DNA from: Paraphysomonas bandaiensis
Taxonomy: Eukaryota > Protista > Chrysophyceae
Length of the DNA stretch: 64,000 nucleotides
Assembly (NCBI GenBank): GCA_965644295.1
Contig: CBFFRP010000455.1
Coordinates: 43,724-107,723 of the forward strand
Reading direction: 5' to 3'
The first letter of the stretch is position 1, and each line of letters starts with the position of its first letter. Made by a program: the position numbers and the translations under genes. The notes below the pieces were generated by a model, which was not told where the DNA came from, ran no database searches, and saw nothing but the letters and a program-made list of their open reading frames with translations. Positions 23,715-36,748 of the stretch are shown piece after piece.

Positions 23715-24030
23715 TACATACATACATACATACATACATACATACATACATACATACATACATACATACATACATACATACATACATACATACATGCATA
23801 CATACATACATACATACATACATACATACATACATACATACATACATACATACATACATACATACATACATACATACATACATACATACATACATACATA
23901 CATACATACATACATACATACATACATACATACATACATACATACATACATACATACATACATACATACATACATACATACATACATACATACATACATA
24001 CATACATACATACATACATACATACATACA

Positions 24031-24061
<31 letters not shown>
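23715..24061. repeat. (CATA)n microsatellite
   Basis: Directly visible; ends ~117 nt upstream of the ATG at 24178. Confidence 0.98.
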
Positions 24062-24177
24062 CTCATTAATGGGCATTGCGTGTTGGTGGTGCTGATACAA
24101 TGATTGTATGTGTCATGCTCATTTAGCGGGTTCATCTCGATCATATCTCATAAGGGGTCTTATCGCTTGTGTTTGGT

Positions 24178-25017
24178 ATGTGTAGGAGTCTGTTGTTGTT
24201 GTTGTTGTTCGTTAGAGTGGATGCGAAGATTCTTATCCAATCAGAAGCACGTCATTATGATGAAGTCTACTGGTATCACTTCCCTAAAACAGGCGGCACT
24301 ACAATGAGATCACTGCTTTATAGAGTGTGTGTACGAGAGGACTTTAATCTCACTGCAGCATATGGACTAACGGATGAGTGCTCTGTCCCTTTCTCTTGTC
24401 ATAAAGGGCGAGGGGTCAGGATTACATACGGTCATCTTAGAGACGGTTATGTGTCGCCTCCAAGCAACCGTGTATTACGTGTTATTATGCTCCGAGAGCC
24501 AGTAGGGTGGTTAGCGAGTCGTGCTCAGCATGAGACCAGAAAGACAGGCCGTAGTGGGGGATCACTGGCAGCACAGGCAGTGGCCCATGGTGGCAAGTAT
24601 TTCAACTTTCTACGGGATGACCTCCGTTTACAGGCTATGAGGTGGTTCAATCGACTGACTAAGTCTGTGGATGATGGGTCTGCAGCGAGAGATATGGTGG
24701 ATTTCCTGGATACTGTAGAGCGGCACTTCAAGGAAGAGACTCTGGTTCTCCTTACTGAGAGGTTTGAAGATAGCTTGCTGCTATTAACGGAAGCATTTGG
24801 CACGTCCTTTTATTCTGAGGAATACGTACAGCATCAAGGACGGAAAGGGGTACAGAGACTCAATGGAGCCTTTGACTCACAAGAAAACGCCTCGGCCGGG
24901 TCTCTCAGCGACCTGAAGCGGGCGGCTATACTACTAGAGGTTCATAGCGCCATATATAGTCTTGCTCTAAGGGAATTTTTTCGACAGCGACAGAAAATGC
25001 TGACTAGTTTACGTTAG
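24178..25017 (+). CDS. Secreted/Golgi sulfotransferase-like protein
   Basis: Signal-like MCRSLLLLLLFV; 5'-PSB motif YHFPKTGGTT; 3'-PB motif MLREPV; LTERFEDSL. Confidence 0.8.
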   Translation: MCRSLLLLLLFVRVDAKILIQSEARHYDEVYWYHFPKTGGTTMRSLLYRVCVREDFNLTAAYGLTDECSVPFSCHKGRGVRITYGHLRDGYVSPPSNRVLRVIMLREPVGWLASRAQHETRKTGRSGGSLAAQAVAHGGKYFNFLRDDLRLQAMRWFNRLTKSVDDGSAARDMVDFLDTVERHFKEETLVLLTERFEDSLLLLTEAFGTSFYSEEYVQHQGRKGVQRLNGAFDSQENASAGSLSDLKRAAILLEVHSAIYSLALREFFRQRQKMLTSLR

Positions 25018-25128
25018 GGAAAATGTTAGTTGCAATAAAATGTATATTATGTGAATATATTGTCAGCTGCAGAATATTCGTCTCGAGTATGTAGAAAAGA
25101 ATGCAGATTTAAGATTAGAATGATGTGA

Positions 25129-25400
25129 TTGTCAGCTATACTGCTAACTATTCCGTTGTTTATGCTCTAATAATCACAACATTCTTCTTACTATTACTAG
25201 GCTTAATTCTGTATTCTCTCTACATACTCGAGACGAGCAATCTGCAGCTGACAATATTAATATATATTTCATTGCTACAAACATTTTCCCAAACACACCG
25301 CCGGATTATTATAGATTACAATACGTGAAGTAACTCTTTATACGTATCAACATATCAACTATGAACAGGAATATCTTAAAATCTACCAATTCATACGCCC
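25129..25400 (+). repeat. Dispersed repeat family D plus the 22798-type segment
   Basis: Matches 11320-11455 (with an internal deletion) and 22798-22885. Confidence 0.7.
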
Positions 25401-25440
25401 ATATACCATATGCTACAGAACATCAATGATATACACACTT

Positions 25441-26605
25441 TCACACTCTGACATTCGCGGCTTTCGGTTCAAATGCGGACCGACAGAGCACAGAGAGAAG
25501 TCTTTCTGGCATCAAAGCAGCAAGAAGACATAAAAGTGCATGTGGTGTGTAGGAACTGACGACACCGTATCCCCTACCAATAAATCCCCATAGTCTGCGA
25601 GCATAGACCCTGGGAGACGGAACAAAGAAAGAAGGTTCAGATATACCCGACATGCGAGTACAAACTTGTGCTGGACAGAAAAGGGTAACGTCAATGCGAG
25701 GATGACTTGTTTTGAGTTCACACCGAAGAGATCTGACAAACTGATTAATAAACGCCTTCGAGCTAGAATACAGAGGAAAGAATGGTGAAGGCAAGAGAGA
25801 CATTAATGACGAGACGAACACAATAGCAGCCCTCTTCTTTTTCCCATTTTGTGTTTCAAATTCCTCTTCGGCTCTTCTCTCGAGTATGGGAAGCATATAT
25901 TTGGTTAACTTTACAGCAAACAGAGTGTTCGTGGTAACAATGTCATTCACAAGACGTTCACTATGATCAGAGAATCGTAACGGTAATGTATTTGTCACTC
26001 CAACATTATGAATTACCACACTAACATCCAATCCCTCACATGAACGTACAATAGACGCATACGTCTCGTGTGTATCACGACTACAGTCCACAGACACAGT
26101 CCGGACATCAACTCCAGTTTTTTCCTTAATAAAACATGATACATCAGAGAGTTTACGTGTATCTCTCGCTACTAATATGATATTAAAGCCCTTATAAGCG
26201 GCTTCTTCAGCAATACCACGCCCAATACCATCTGATGCGCCTGTTATCAGTACATAGCCACTAGAGCCAGCACCGTAAGAGGTAAGACTACAGTTAGGTC
26301 CGAAATGTTTCCATAGCCAGAGGAGAGATGATATGGTGACCTGTGAGTGTATATGAGGGGCGTGTATATATATATGAGGGTATGTTATATATGTATATGT
26401 AATACGGGTATACATATATGTATACAGTCCCATACATATAGTCTCATATAGTATAAGCAGACTCATACATACACACACATACATACATACACACACATAC
26501 ATACATACATATAGCAGAGTATGAGGTCACCTTCGTGCAGAAGACAGCCCCTATGAATGACAAGCCCTTCTCTATGATACCAACAGCTGACTGAGAACGA
26601 GACAT
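25441..26605 (-). CDS. Short-chain dehydrogenase/reductase, 17beta-HSD12/3-ketoacyl-CoA reductase-like; exons 26605-26531, 26340-25441
   Basis: ITGASDGIGRG, NIILVARD, IHNVG and catalytic YSSSK. Exon 1 MSRSQSAVGIIEKGLSFIGAVFCTK joins VTISS via a 190-nt GT-AG microsatellite-rich intron. Confidence 0.88.
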
Positions 26606-26678
26606 CTTACTCACTCTGCACCATCACAACACAAACTGATGGATATATATATATATGATACTTATATGTACTGCTGTC

Positions 26679-26680
<2 letters not shown>

Positions 26681-26710
<30 letters not shown>

Positions 26711-27228
26711 TGTATGTATGTATGTATGTATGTATGTATGTATGTATGTATGTATGTATGTATGTATGTATGTATGTATGTATGTATGTATGTATGTATG
26801 TATGTATGTATGTATGTATGTATGTATGTATGTATGTATGTATGTATGTATGTACGTATGTATGTAGGTATGTATGTAGGTATGTATGTATGTATGTATG
26901 TATGTATGTATGTATGTATGTATGTATGTATGTATGTATGTATGTATGTATGTATGTATGTATGTATGTATGTATGTATGTATGTATGTATGTATGTATG
27001 TATGTATGTATGTATGTATGTATGTATGTATGTATGTATGTATGTATGTATGTATGTATGTATGTATGTATGTATGTATGTATGTATGTATGTATGTATG
27101 TATGTATGTATGTATGTATGTATGTATGTATGTATGTATGTATGTATGTATGTATGTATGTATGTATGTATGTATGTATGTATGTATGTATGTATGTATG
27201 TATGTATGTATGTATGTATGTATGTATA
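26681..27228. repeat. (TATG)n microsatellite between divergent SDR and WrbA-like genes
   Basis: Directly visible. Confidence 0.98.
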
Positions 27229-27391
27229 TGTAGGTAGGTAGGTAGGGATATATGCATCTAAATTTTGTCATATCTATGTGTGTATATTGACACTCTTGTC
27301 TCTTCAAGTGCTCTATATAATTCTTTCTCTCCCTGTCTTCCAGGTTCTGTTTTTATCTCTCCTCCTCCCCTCTCATATATATCTGTGCAGT

Positions 27392-28289
27392 ATGTCTTCT
27401 GCCCCTAAAGCTAAGATCGCTATAGTCTTCTACAGCATGTATAACCATGTCAAGGTACCCCCCCCCTGTCTACCCCTCTCATCTCATATAACAAACAACA
27501 GACTCTTGCGGAACACATTAAATCCAGTATTGAAGATGCTGGCTGTGAAGCGACGCTCTTACAGGTCCCTGAGACCCTTCCAGGTACCACCCCATACATA
27601 CATACACACATACATACCTACATACAGCGTATGACTTACATGCATACAGCTGGTGTACTTGAGAAGATGCATGCTCCAGCAAAAGATGAATCGATTCCTA
27701 TTGCAACGGCAAGTATGCTAACTGAGTATGATGGTATACTCTTTGGTATCCCGACACGTTTCGGTATGTAGGCATTACTAATTAGTAGTCTGTTGATATT
27801 TAATATGTTTTAAGGCATGGCCGCTGCTCAAATGAAAGCTTTCATGGACAGCACCGGTGGTTTATGGCAATCTGGAGGGCTCGTGGGCAAGACAGCCGGC
27901 ATTTTCTTTTCAACCGGCACTCAGAATGGTGGACAAGAGACCACGGGTATTATATCGCACTTATGTAGATTGTCATTCATTACGGATTGGTATGTGATGT
28001 AGCTATGACCTGGGTCACGCAATTAGCCCATCATGGGATGATTTATGTTCCTCTTGGGTACATCAACCCTGCAGTATTCGATTTATCTACCCCACACGGA
28101 GGAAGCGCCTGGGGTCCCGGCACTCTAGCGGTACGTATCTAAGCTGCGATAGAGGACTGTTCTCACAGTGATGTTCAGGGTGCTGATGGGTCTCGGCAAC
28201 CCTCTGACTTGGAAGTTGGTGTGGCAAAAAGTTACGGGGCTCACTTCGCCGGAATCACAGCCGCCCTAAAAGCAGGACGTTCGGCGTAG
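27392..28289 (+). CDS. NAD(P)H:quinone oxidoreductase, WrbA/PST2 flavodoxin-like, 6 exons
   Basis: [13 protein letters not shown]|..QVPETLP|..[13 protein letters not shown]|[29 protein letters not shown]|..[24 protein letters not shown]|GADGSRQPS. Five GT-AG introns. Confidence 0.95.
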
Positions 28290-28727
28290 TGTCTCAAAGA
28301 TTGCTCTGGCGTACTAACTGTTCCTCATCTGGACTTATTCGTTTTACATAATACTTAACCTGTTGAAGTGGTTACTTAACGTTGGAAAACATAGCGGTCC
28401 GTGCTATTTTTTCCGACACCAATATATAATAATGAATGTTGAAATGTTATTTCATATGCGTAACGAATTTTTACTATAGCCAAAACAGTTTTACTACCAC
28501 CAAAATATTGGATTGAATTCTTATGTGCTAGTCCACCAGAACGATCAGCCCGTCTATTAGTTCATATGTATCTGTTTATTATCATACTATAATAGTATAA
28601 TAGTAATTTCACAGACTGTTGCTTTTGGGATCTATTATTCAACCTTGTCAAATTGGTTGAATTATCACTAGACACAAAAATTGGTGGAAAAATCTAGTCA
28701 AGTAGTTGAAAAACGTAGTCATTTACA

Positions 28728-29860
28728 ATATTGAAAGTCTTTTTATTTAGCAACAGGCGTTAAAAACTCGTTCCGATATAGTGGCTAGTGGTATGCTAGA
28801 TCTACTAGTTAGACCTCTACCCATAACTAATCAGCACAAATTCTATTATCCTACTATTTAGCGCTACAGAAGCTGCTTGTGCGTCGCCGCAAGCACCAAG
28901 GTGCAACCACTTCCGTTCTTAAAGTTGTTTGTGAGTTTCGCCCTGCTTGTGTGTCTTAGGACTCACTGGCGCGAGTTGTCCGGGGGTCTCCCCTTGGGAT
29001 AAGGTTCCGCCAGGCTCTTAGGTACAGGGTTCTGTATTAAGGTCCTGAGTGTACCGAGCACTAGATGTGTGTGCTGAAAGGTTGATGGTGTGGTGGAATG
29101 TGGCGGTGTCGCCGTGCACCGTCTGGGCGTCAGGAGTTGCCGGAGACGGCGTCGCCGCTGTCTAGGGCCTGATGGTTTCATACGGTCCGGTGCTATGGTC
29201 CTATGCGTATGATTGGTGGGGTTCATATGTGCGGTGGGCGATGTTCCAGTCTCGGTTCGTCTGTGGATTCCTAGTAATCTTAGCACCCTTGGGCGTTTCC
29301 ATTTCTGTCTATGTTTTGGACGCGGTCGCGGTAGTAGCCTTGGGGAACCTTTCTGTAGGGTAACGTATCGTCTACTTTGATCTTGGATCATTAGCTGCAG
29401 CGAAAAGCGGTAGAAGTAATCTGATGACCGCTGATTCGATGCTGCGCAGTCCTTGGGATGTCAGTGACTCATGGATGTGATCTCCAAAAACCGTCTCAAG
29501 TTGTGTAGTTGTGATGGTACCCGTCCAGAATCTCTCCACCTGTGGTACGGAAGGGTTCCAGGCCCTGCTGGAGAGCCGCTGGAGTACAGTGGTGGTCCAT
29601 TGGGGTAGTTCCGGATTTCTCAATTCTTCTTGAAGCGCGTTTTTGTGGCTGTGAAATGCAGACTCCCTTATCTGCGTTATGGCGTCATTTGTACAGTCTA
29701 GACACATATATATGCTTGAGTGAGTCTAGTCTAAATCCGCAGTCAGAACATGCGGCTTTAGCCAGGTCGAGTCCGTGTTTTGTTTTTCGCCCGGTTTCTT
29801 CCTCATTGACCCCTCCTCCCCATAACACTCACAGGGGATCCATCGCTATATACTTGTAAG
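28728..29860 (-). mobile_element. 5'-truncated, degenerate non-LTR retrotransposon (LINE) 3' fragment
   Basis: Minus strand gives CSDCGFRLDSLKHI[2-bp AT insertion]CLDC, a CX2CX8HX4C knuckle typical of LINE ORF2 C-termini. It is followed by a helical ...FWTG region and a 3' tail shared with dispersed short elements. Confidence 0.7.
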
Positions 29861-29922
29861 CTATAGATAGGCTGGATAGTCATACATGTACACCTGTGTT
29901 AGGTAGATATGTATATATGAGT

Positions 29923-30274
29923 CAGGGCTGCGTGACAATTAATTGAATTGCAATTAAATTGCATGGAACATACGTAATACTTGCAATTATAATTGCTCGC
30001 TGTAAGGTTGCAATTATATTAACTATATAATATAAGAGCACATAATATTATAATTAGAAGTTGAAAAACATTAAGGACGATGGCCATTTATTGCCCTTAA
30101 TGGCTATTACAATGGCTATTACAATAGTGGGAAGGGTTTTGACCATGTGAAAATCATACTCCGTCAATTATATCATCATACGGTTGAAGATGCTACACGT
30201 GTTTGCAATGAGTAACTAAGTTAATTAGACAATAATCGGCACAATTAAATTGCAAGTAATGTTACGCAGCCCTG
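29923..30274. mobile_element. hAT-type MITE, 352 bp
   Basis: TIR CAGGGCTGCGT(G/A)ACA; 8-bp TSD ATATGAGT at 29915-29922 and 30275-30282. Confidence 0.92.
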
Positions 30275-30906
30275 ATATGAGTTCATTATTATGTTTGAAT
30301 GTTTGTTTTGATGCTCTGTATGCCACTACTATATTGTGTGGTTGTTTGGTTGTGTAGTGTGAGATGGTATTTTAGACAGGCACGGTGTATAATCAATGGA
30401 TATAAGAACAGCTAGGTTGAATACCATTATTTACTAGGTTGAGTCATTTATTACTTTGACTCGGTTATTCCACCAAAAATAGTGTGACTAAATAATTTGA
30501 CTAGGTTGAATAATATTTCGCGTTGCTTTTGCAATAGAATGCTATAGTTTTAACTATAGCCGTTGTGGAAGAGTACATTTGTTATGGGAATCGATGAAGA
30601 GTTCCGGAGTAGATAATACCTAAACTAATGATTATAATTTTTAAATTATTGTTTGCAGAATTTTACATCAAAACAGCAAGCTGCAATGCTTAGCTAGAAT
30701 TTTATCAATAGTATAGCAATTCACTCGATCAGCTCGTACATTGCTATTCATATACCTGTTTATTATCTTACGGTAATAGTACATACAGCAGCACATCAGA
30801 GAGTGCGCACACATAGCAGCAACACGAAACCCTTTTAGAGAGGACCCTACTCCCTATTCTGTGTTGAGATATCAGCTTCACATATTTTACTGCAATATTC
30901 GCAAAT

Positions 30907-31997
30907 CTAATTTAACATCCCTTCCAGCCACAAACGCATTTCCATAAGAGTTACTAACTTCAGCAAAGACTCTCTATTTTCATCAAACTCTTCATATGTA
31001 AAGCCATCGATTACAGACTCGACAACACTAAGTGTGAAATCATCAATGAGATTCGAACTCAATTTACCTGTGGGGTTGTTTACAAGTCGCTGCTGCCAGT
31101 AAGGGGACATGGGATTGCTGTTGGGTCGGACTCTCAAAACTCCCACGCCATGATCGATATCAACGATCACTAGGTCCACATCTTCCATCAGTCGCAGCAC
31201 CACTCCTACTTTCCAGCAATCTCCGTTCCAAGCTTCGGATGAATCTGTCGGAGGAGGCAGACGCTGTCGCTGTTTTGTCCTGGGGTTCATATCATGTAAC
31301 ACTATAGTACCCCCAGGCGTCAGTACACGAAGAGAGTTCAACACATCTCTCCACACGTAATGACTCTCATGCATTCCTAAGTACAATCAGCATCACGATT
31401 AAACGCTATACATACACACCGTCAATAAATATGAGGTCAAACAATTGCGCATTTTGAGAGAAAAATTCATCACTAGTCATACGGTGAGTACCACCGATCA
31501 GAGGATCCACTCCGACAGCTACATCAACTAGCTCTTGCATCACTGAAAATGCCAAGTTTCCCTGACAACCAATCTCCAGATAGTGTTTATAGTCGTATCG
31601 TTTTTGCAAGTAGCGCAGTATATCCACTCTATTAGAATGAAAATCATCAATGGCACTGGTAGGTCTAGTAGGTGTGTATATAATCCCGTAGAAATCTAGT
31701 ACATTATTATCCGATTGCATGATATATATGTGTATATATGCCATTCACTGCACCTGCATGTATAGTATCCATCAGTCGAACACAATCTTCTTTTGATAAC
31801 ATCGTACAGCTCTCTTTTGTCAATTCATATGGTGAGAGTCCATCAACAAGAGTCATCTCAACTTGTTTTATTTCGCCATTATAGTCAATTGTCCAGTTAA
31901 ACTGCTGTGGCTTTCCATCTGAATAGAGAGCTTGCAAAGATATAGCTTGCAGCATAAATAAGGCAATAAATCTACAAATAAATGCATTCCATTGCAT
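30907..31997 (-). CDS. Secreted class I SAM-dependent methyltransferase (Methyltransf_24-like), 3 exons
   Basis: Signal peptide; YLEIGC, VGVDP, FDLIFIDG|MH, LTPGGTIVLHD, WNGDCWK, DIDHGVGV. Three track ORFs join through two short GT-AG introns. Confidence 0.85.
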
Positions 31998-32063
31998 CCT
32001 GACTCGTATGTGCATTCTAGTGATATATATGGAATCTAAATATTACAGTACTGGGATCTAGGC

Positions 32064-32208
32064 ATCGTATGCATCTTGTTTTTCGGGAATAAATTGAAGC
32101 AAAACTCATCTATATTCCTGCTACACAACTACGGCTGGAATACAGATAATTGTTGTCTCAATATTAGAGGCATCTTTGAACAAAAATACACAAAGGATGC
32201 CGATACGA
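32064..32208 (+). mobile_element. MITE-like family B, copy 2
   Basis: Ends ATCGTAT..GCATC / GATGCCGATACGAT are inverted; the body matches the other copies. Confidence 0.8.
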
Positions 32209-32576
32209 TGCATATACGTCATTGTTGGTATAACATCTCGTAAAGTACATATAACTGTATAATTTGCAGAATAATTACGGAAAATAACGGTTTTAATGTG
32301 AAATATCCTAATTTTACAGTATACTGGGGGTTTGAGGATTTAAAATCCTCTGTGTGGAGAATACATTACTGTGTATTCAGAGTGGATGTTACGTTGTGGT
32401 GTACTGCTATATATATTATGATTTTTTGACTTTTTCGGTATTTTTCCAAGTAATTAGGGATTTATTTACCATATATCCTGATTTCCCGACAAACTGACTA
32501 TAATCTCTAGAATCTGACCTAGAATTCTATATGCATGTGTATATATTCTATAGCTACTCTGTATGTATATTATCAC

Positions 32577-32720
32577 CGTATAGGCATCTTATTTTTCGGA
32601 AATATATTGAATCAAATATAGTCTATATTCCTGCTATACAACTACGGCTGGAATACAGATAATTATTGTCTCAATATTAGAGGCATCTTGGAACAAAAAT
32701 ACACAAAGGATGCCGATACG
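32577..32720 (+). mobile_element. MITE-like family B, copy 3
   Basis: TIR CGTATAGGCATC / GATGCCGATACG. Confidence 0.82.
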
Positions 32721-32912
32721 ACTCTATATACTTATAGGATAGTGATTCCATTCACAGATCATCTTATTAAGCTCCCTATCCCACCCATATGCATGCAGTA
32801 GCATTAGTGAGTATGTACTAAGTGTATTCTATTAAAAGGATTGCGCTAATTGTTAGATATACTAATATACGCATATACATATATAGATACACGTATATAT
32901 ACACAGAGGAGT

Positions 32913-34025
32913 ATGTACCGCACATCTCCTACAAGCAGAACTGCTGCATCTATCCGTGGCAGTCCTGAACATCGTAAGTTTGTGGAGTATGAGTCGGCTA
33001 TGATACTGTCGAGGAACACTATGGAGAGAGACAAGGTACCCCTATATACACATATGTAGACATGCATGTACATGCATACATACATACATACATAGAGAGC
33101 TATACGTAACATACATAAATATGGCTATGTGAATATGTATAGTGTGTATGTACAGCAGTGTATATCTGTGTACCTGTATGTATATATGCATATCTATCTA
33201 TATCTATACGTATAGCGTATGTACTGTATATCCCTATGTACCTACTTAACATACACATATTGTCCCTATAAGTATCTATCTACCCATACATACATTTACA
33301 TATCTACTCTTCTTTAAACACACTAAACACTTACAGTTACGTGCAAAATATCATGAAGAACAACGAGAAAGGGAACAGAAGGTATACACTCACCTCCATA
33401 GAAGACACTGTCTAAGTATACATATCTATACAGTATGCACATATTAAAGAAAAACGACAACAAAAATGGAAAAAAATAACTGCCAAATCACCATTTGCAG
33501 TTGATTTAGTTGCAGAAGATGAGAGAATTCAAGAAGAAAATAGAATCAGAGTTGCTGAAGAAACAGCACGTAAGCAACTGACAGAATCACGTCGTGAGAA
33601 AGCCAAATCCGAGATTATTTTAAAAGTATTATATGATGTATGTGTTTATATGATTGTAATTTCGCGTATTATACAGGCGTTATCAGAGTTCTCTGACTTA
33701 GAAGCCTTAAGACAAGAAAAGAAGGCGATTATGGAGGAGGAGCAGCGACTAAAAGCTCTTCTTGCCTTGGAGAAGACCAAGACCCATGGGAAAACAGATA
33801 GGTATTAAAGTTCAATTCATATAACACGGTAGTTGCTGATATGTGGTGGTTATCAGGCTGGCGGCAGAGAGAGCTCAGAGACAGAGGCACGCCGCCCGAG
33901 GCATCCATAGGCGCCAGGAATATAAGGACTCCCTGGATACAGTGATGGAGGAGGAGGCGATTGCCCTGCGCAAGAAACATGCATTACGTGCAGGGAGAGA
34001 TCCCTTTACCGATACCAAGCTGTGA
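32913..34025 (+). CDS. Uncharacterised coiled-coil protein, 5 exons
   Basis: Spliced MYRTSP...MERDK|LRAKYHEEQREREQK|YAHIKEKRQQKWKKITAKSPFAVDLVAEDERIQEE...IILK|ALSEFSDLEALRQEKK...R|LAAERAQRQR. GT-AG introns keep the frame. Confidence 0.8.
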
Positions 34026-35045
34026 ATAGAGAAGTGATGTGAATGAGTGTAGTTTGTAGTGTAGTATTTGGATGACACTTGTTTATGAGTATGCAATCAC
34101 TAGATGCGATGGCATCTTGGAGTAATCTCGGCCAGATGATTCGTGTGTCGCTACAGGGTTGACGTGTGTATACAGATTTTAATAACCCACCAATGTCTTG
34201 AATATGCGCTCTACTTACCGAAAGGTGATGCTTAATGCTTACATATGACGGCATGAATTTACATCTAGACACACTCTCAATAGCATTCAGACAACATGTA
34301 AGTAATAAGTAATATCATTCTTTACATCTGATTATAGTGCACTAACAACCTCACAAAAGAAATAAATGTAATTCCTAATCGAATATCTGTAAGTGCATGC
34401 CAGTGTAAACAGTCAACACGCAAGAGGCCATATCCACCCATTTCGATCACAACCCCAAAACTATTATTCGATTCCAAACTATTCGACCGTCATCCATTTC
34501 ATCTATATCGCACACAAGGTATTGGAATTTGGAATGACTTCTGAAAGCAAGTCAACGAGAAGTTTTCTCTTTCTTGACAGCTCTATTTTAGTTCCTACAT
34601 TGCATATCGTGAAAATAGAGTGGTTGCTGAGTTATGTATGAATATGCTAGTATCCCCAATCGAGTACTAGCGATATAACCAGAAATCATTTCTGGTTCCA
34701 ATTTTGCTTCCGTTTTCGGCTTGGATTTAAGCTGAAGTTCATACGGAAAAAAAATGACCTGCAGAAGTTTGGCTTTATTTTTTGCTCCAACATTAGCGTA
34801 GAGGAGAGTTTGTTAACGATGTAGTTATAGGCATTATGTCATTATTAACACATCATATGAATTATGTCTGTCATCATTATAGAGGATGTTGTCTGTGTAT
34901 TGACGTCTGTATCGACCCCTGCGGTCAATGCCGAGACTGTAAGCCATGGCACTAAACCCACAGTTATTCAATTGACAACCAAGTGCGATTGGTGTTTGAG
35001 AGGCATTCGAGTCTATAGTAGTGCCCTTCGTCAAAAATTCAGTAA

Positions 35046-36437
35046 TTAAATCTTGGGTCTCCATTTCTCATCTAAGTAATCCTCTAACAATATAGAGCAC
35101 TTATCTTCTAACTCATCGTCATCACATTCAAAATACGTGTAGGTCTGGTTACCGTACAATATAGCGCAAATATTTCGCAATATAGTAGCTACAAAATAGT
35201 ATTGAGCGATGTCCTTGTGTGTTCTGACCTTCATGGCACATCTGAATTTTATGTACGGGAAAGCATTTACTGTGATTCCGTAATCCCATTCATTTGAAAT
35301 ACGCATCCATGGTATTCCCTGATTCTCGAGGTCCTGTAGCTGAGTTGCATTGCAACCTCCAAACCTGCAAACTAAATGCGACAGGCGTGGGTAAATTCCA
35401 TCACCATACAGAGCGAACTGCTTGTGCGGAGGCCACTCAGCTAGAAGTTCTCTGATTTTATCTATAACACGGCTGTCACAGAGTAATTTCAGATCACAAC
35501 GTTGAAATGAGCGTGGACCATATAAGTGCATGCATATTCCTAGTGGAGTTTCAATTGATTGGTACTTTATACCGTGGTGATGCTTCCAGCCATTGTAGAA
35601 TGCCATTTGAATGAAGTTGTTGTATCGACTTGCATTCTCTCCGTCGTCTACAGGACCACCTCCTGGTCTTTGCGTTGCAATGACTGTGTAGTCTAGAAAG
35701 GAAAATACTTTGAAAAGGCCTGGTGGATAGTAGAGACCCTCCTTACAGAGAAGCTTCAATCGAATCTTCTCGGCCATCAAAGGAATATACGGTTTCCAAA
35801 ACTGGAACATATCTGTAAGAAGATAAGAAAAGTTCTCTAGTATGTGCTGGACAAACCAATGGAAAGCTCTATTCCATTGTGTAACATCTCTACCGTACAC
35901 AGGTACCATGTCTGCAAGAGGTGCACAGCTTGTGAATCTATTCAAAGAGAATAAAAACACTTCCTCTCCTTGGAACTTAGATCCATTCTGGAGTCTAATT
36001 ACGGTTGGTACTTTAAGTAGTTTCATAACTCTACAACAATACATACATTTAAATATTAATATAACACACATGAATATGAATAATTTGAAGACATGGATGA
36101 TATCATACCTTGTCAAATCACCCTTCATTATTCTAAACCTTCTATAGCACTCTGAGTCACTAAATGAATCAATTGTACGTGCTGGTAGTCGAAGTACCGG
36201 ATTCCGAGAAACGCCCTCATCGTGCAATATGGAATGAATTTTCTTATCAATTTCTATTAACTAAACATGATGTCTATTACTATACATGCTTCTATCTATC
36301 TGAATAGATCATTGACTTACATCAGTAAGAATTAGTTCTGATTCAGTATCACAATCAATCCATGGAGATGTTTCATTTAATAGATATTGTAACTGTTGTT
36401 TGATCTTATATAAGCGTCTTATAGATCTCCTTCTCAT
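35046..36437 (-). CDS. PIF/Harbinger-type DDE transposase (HARBI1/DDE_Tnp_4-like); exons 36437-36321, 36260-36109, 36030-35046
   Basis: RRFRI, FSFLDYT (D1), FYNGWKHHHGIKYQ, LYGDGIYP (D2), RISNEWDYG (E), ATILRN. The spliced frame is open. Confidence 0.85.
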
Positions 36438-36639
36438 CTTATTAATACAAAGCTTGGAATGGTTTTTAGTATCTTTATATTTCAGTTTATGATTATTGAT
36501 AATCATTTCGAATAGTTTGTTAGTATTGAATATATTATGGTATGGTTATCTGAACTCACCTTCTTGTAAAGTGACTAGATTGCTGTGTAATGAACAGGCA
36601 GGAGTGTATGTACTAAATGATTGTTGTATGAGCAGTCAG

Positions 36640-36748
36640 CATCATCGTTTTCGGAAATATATTGAAGTAAAATTACTCTATATAACTACAGTATAAATAC
36701 GGCTGGTATACACATAATTGTTGTCTCAATATTAGAGGCATCTTTGAT
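36640..36748 (+). mobile_element. MITE-like family B, copy 4 (partial)
   Basis: TTTTCGGAAATATATTGAA...TACGGCTGG...TTGTCTCAATATTAGAGGCATCTTTGA. Confidence 0.7.

Larger units (their letters stand above)
28627..30521. mobile_element. Non-autonomous Mutator-like element (MULE) with nested insertions
   Basis: Long imperfect terminal inverted repeats (TIRs) GGGATCTATTATTCAACC.../...GGTTGAATAATATTTCGC with CTAGTC subrepeats. 9-bp TSD GTTGCTTTT at 28618-28626 and 30522-30530. Same family as 61858-62824. Confidence 0.88.
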
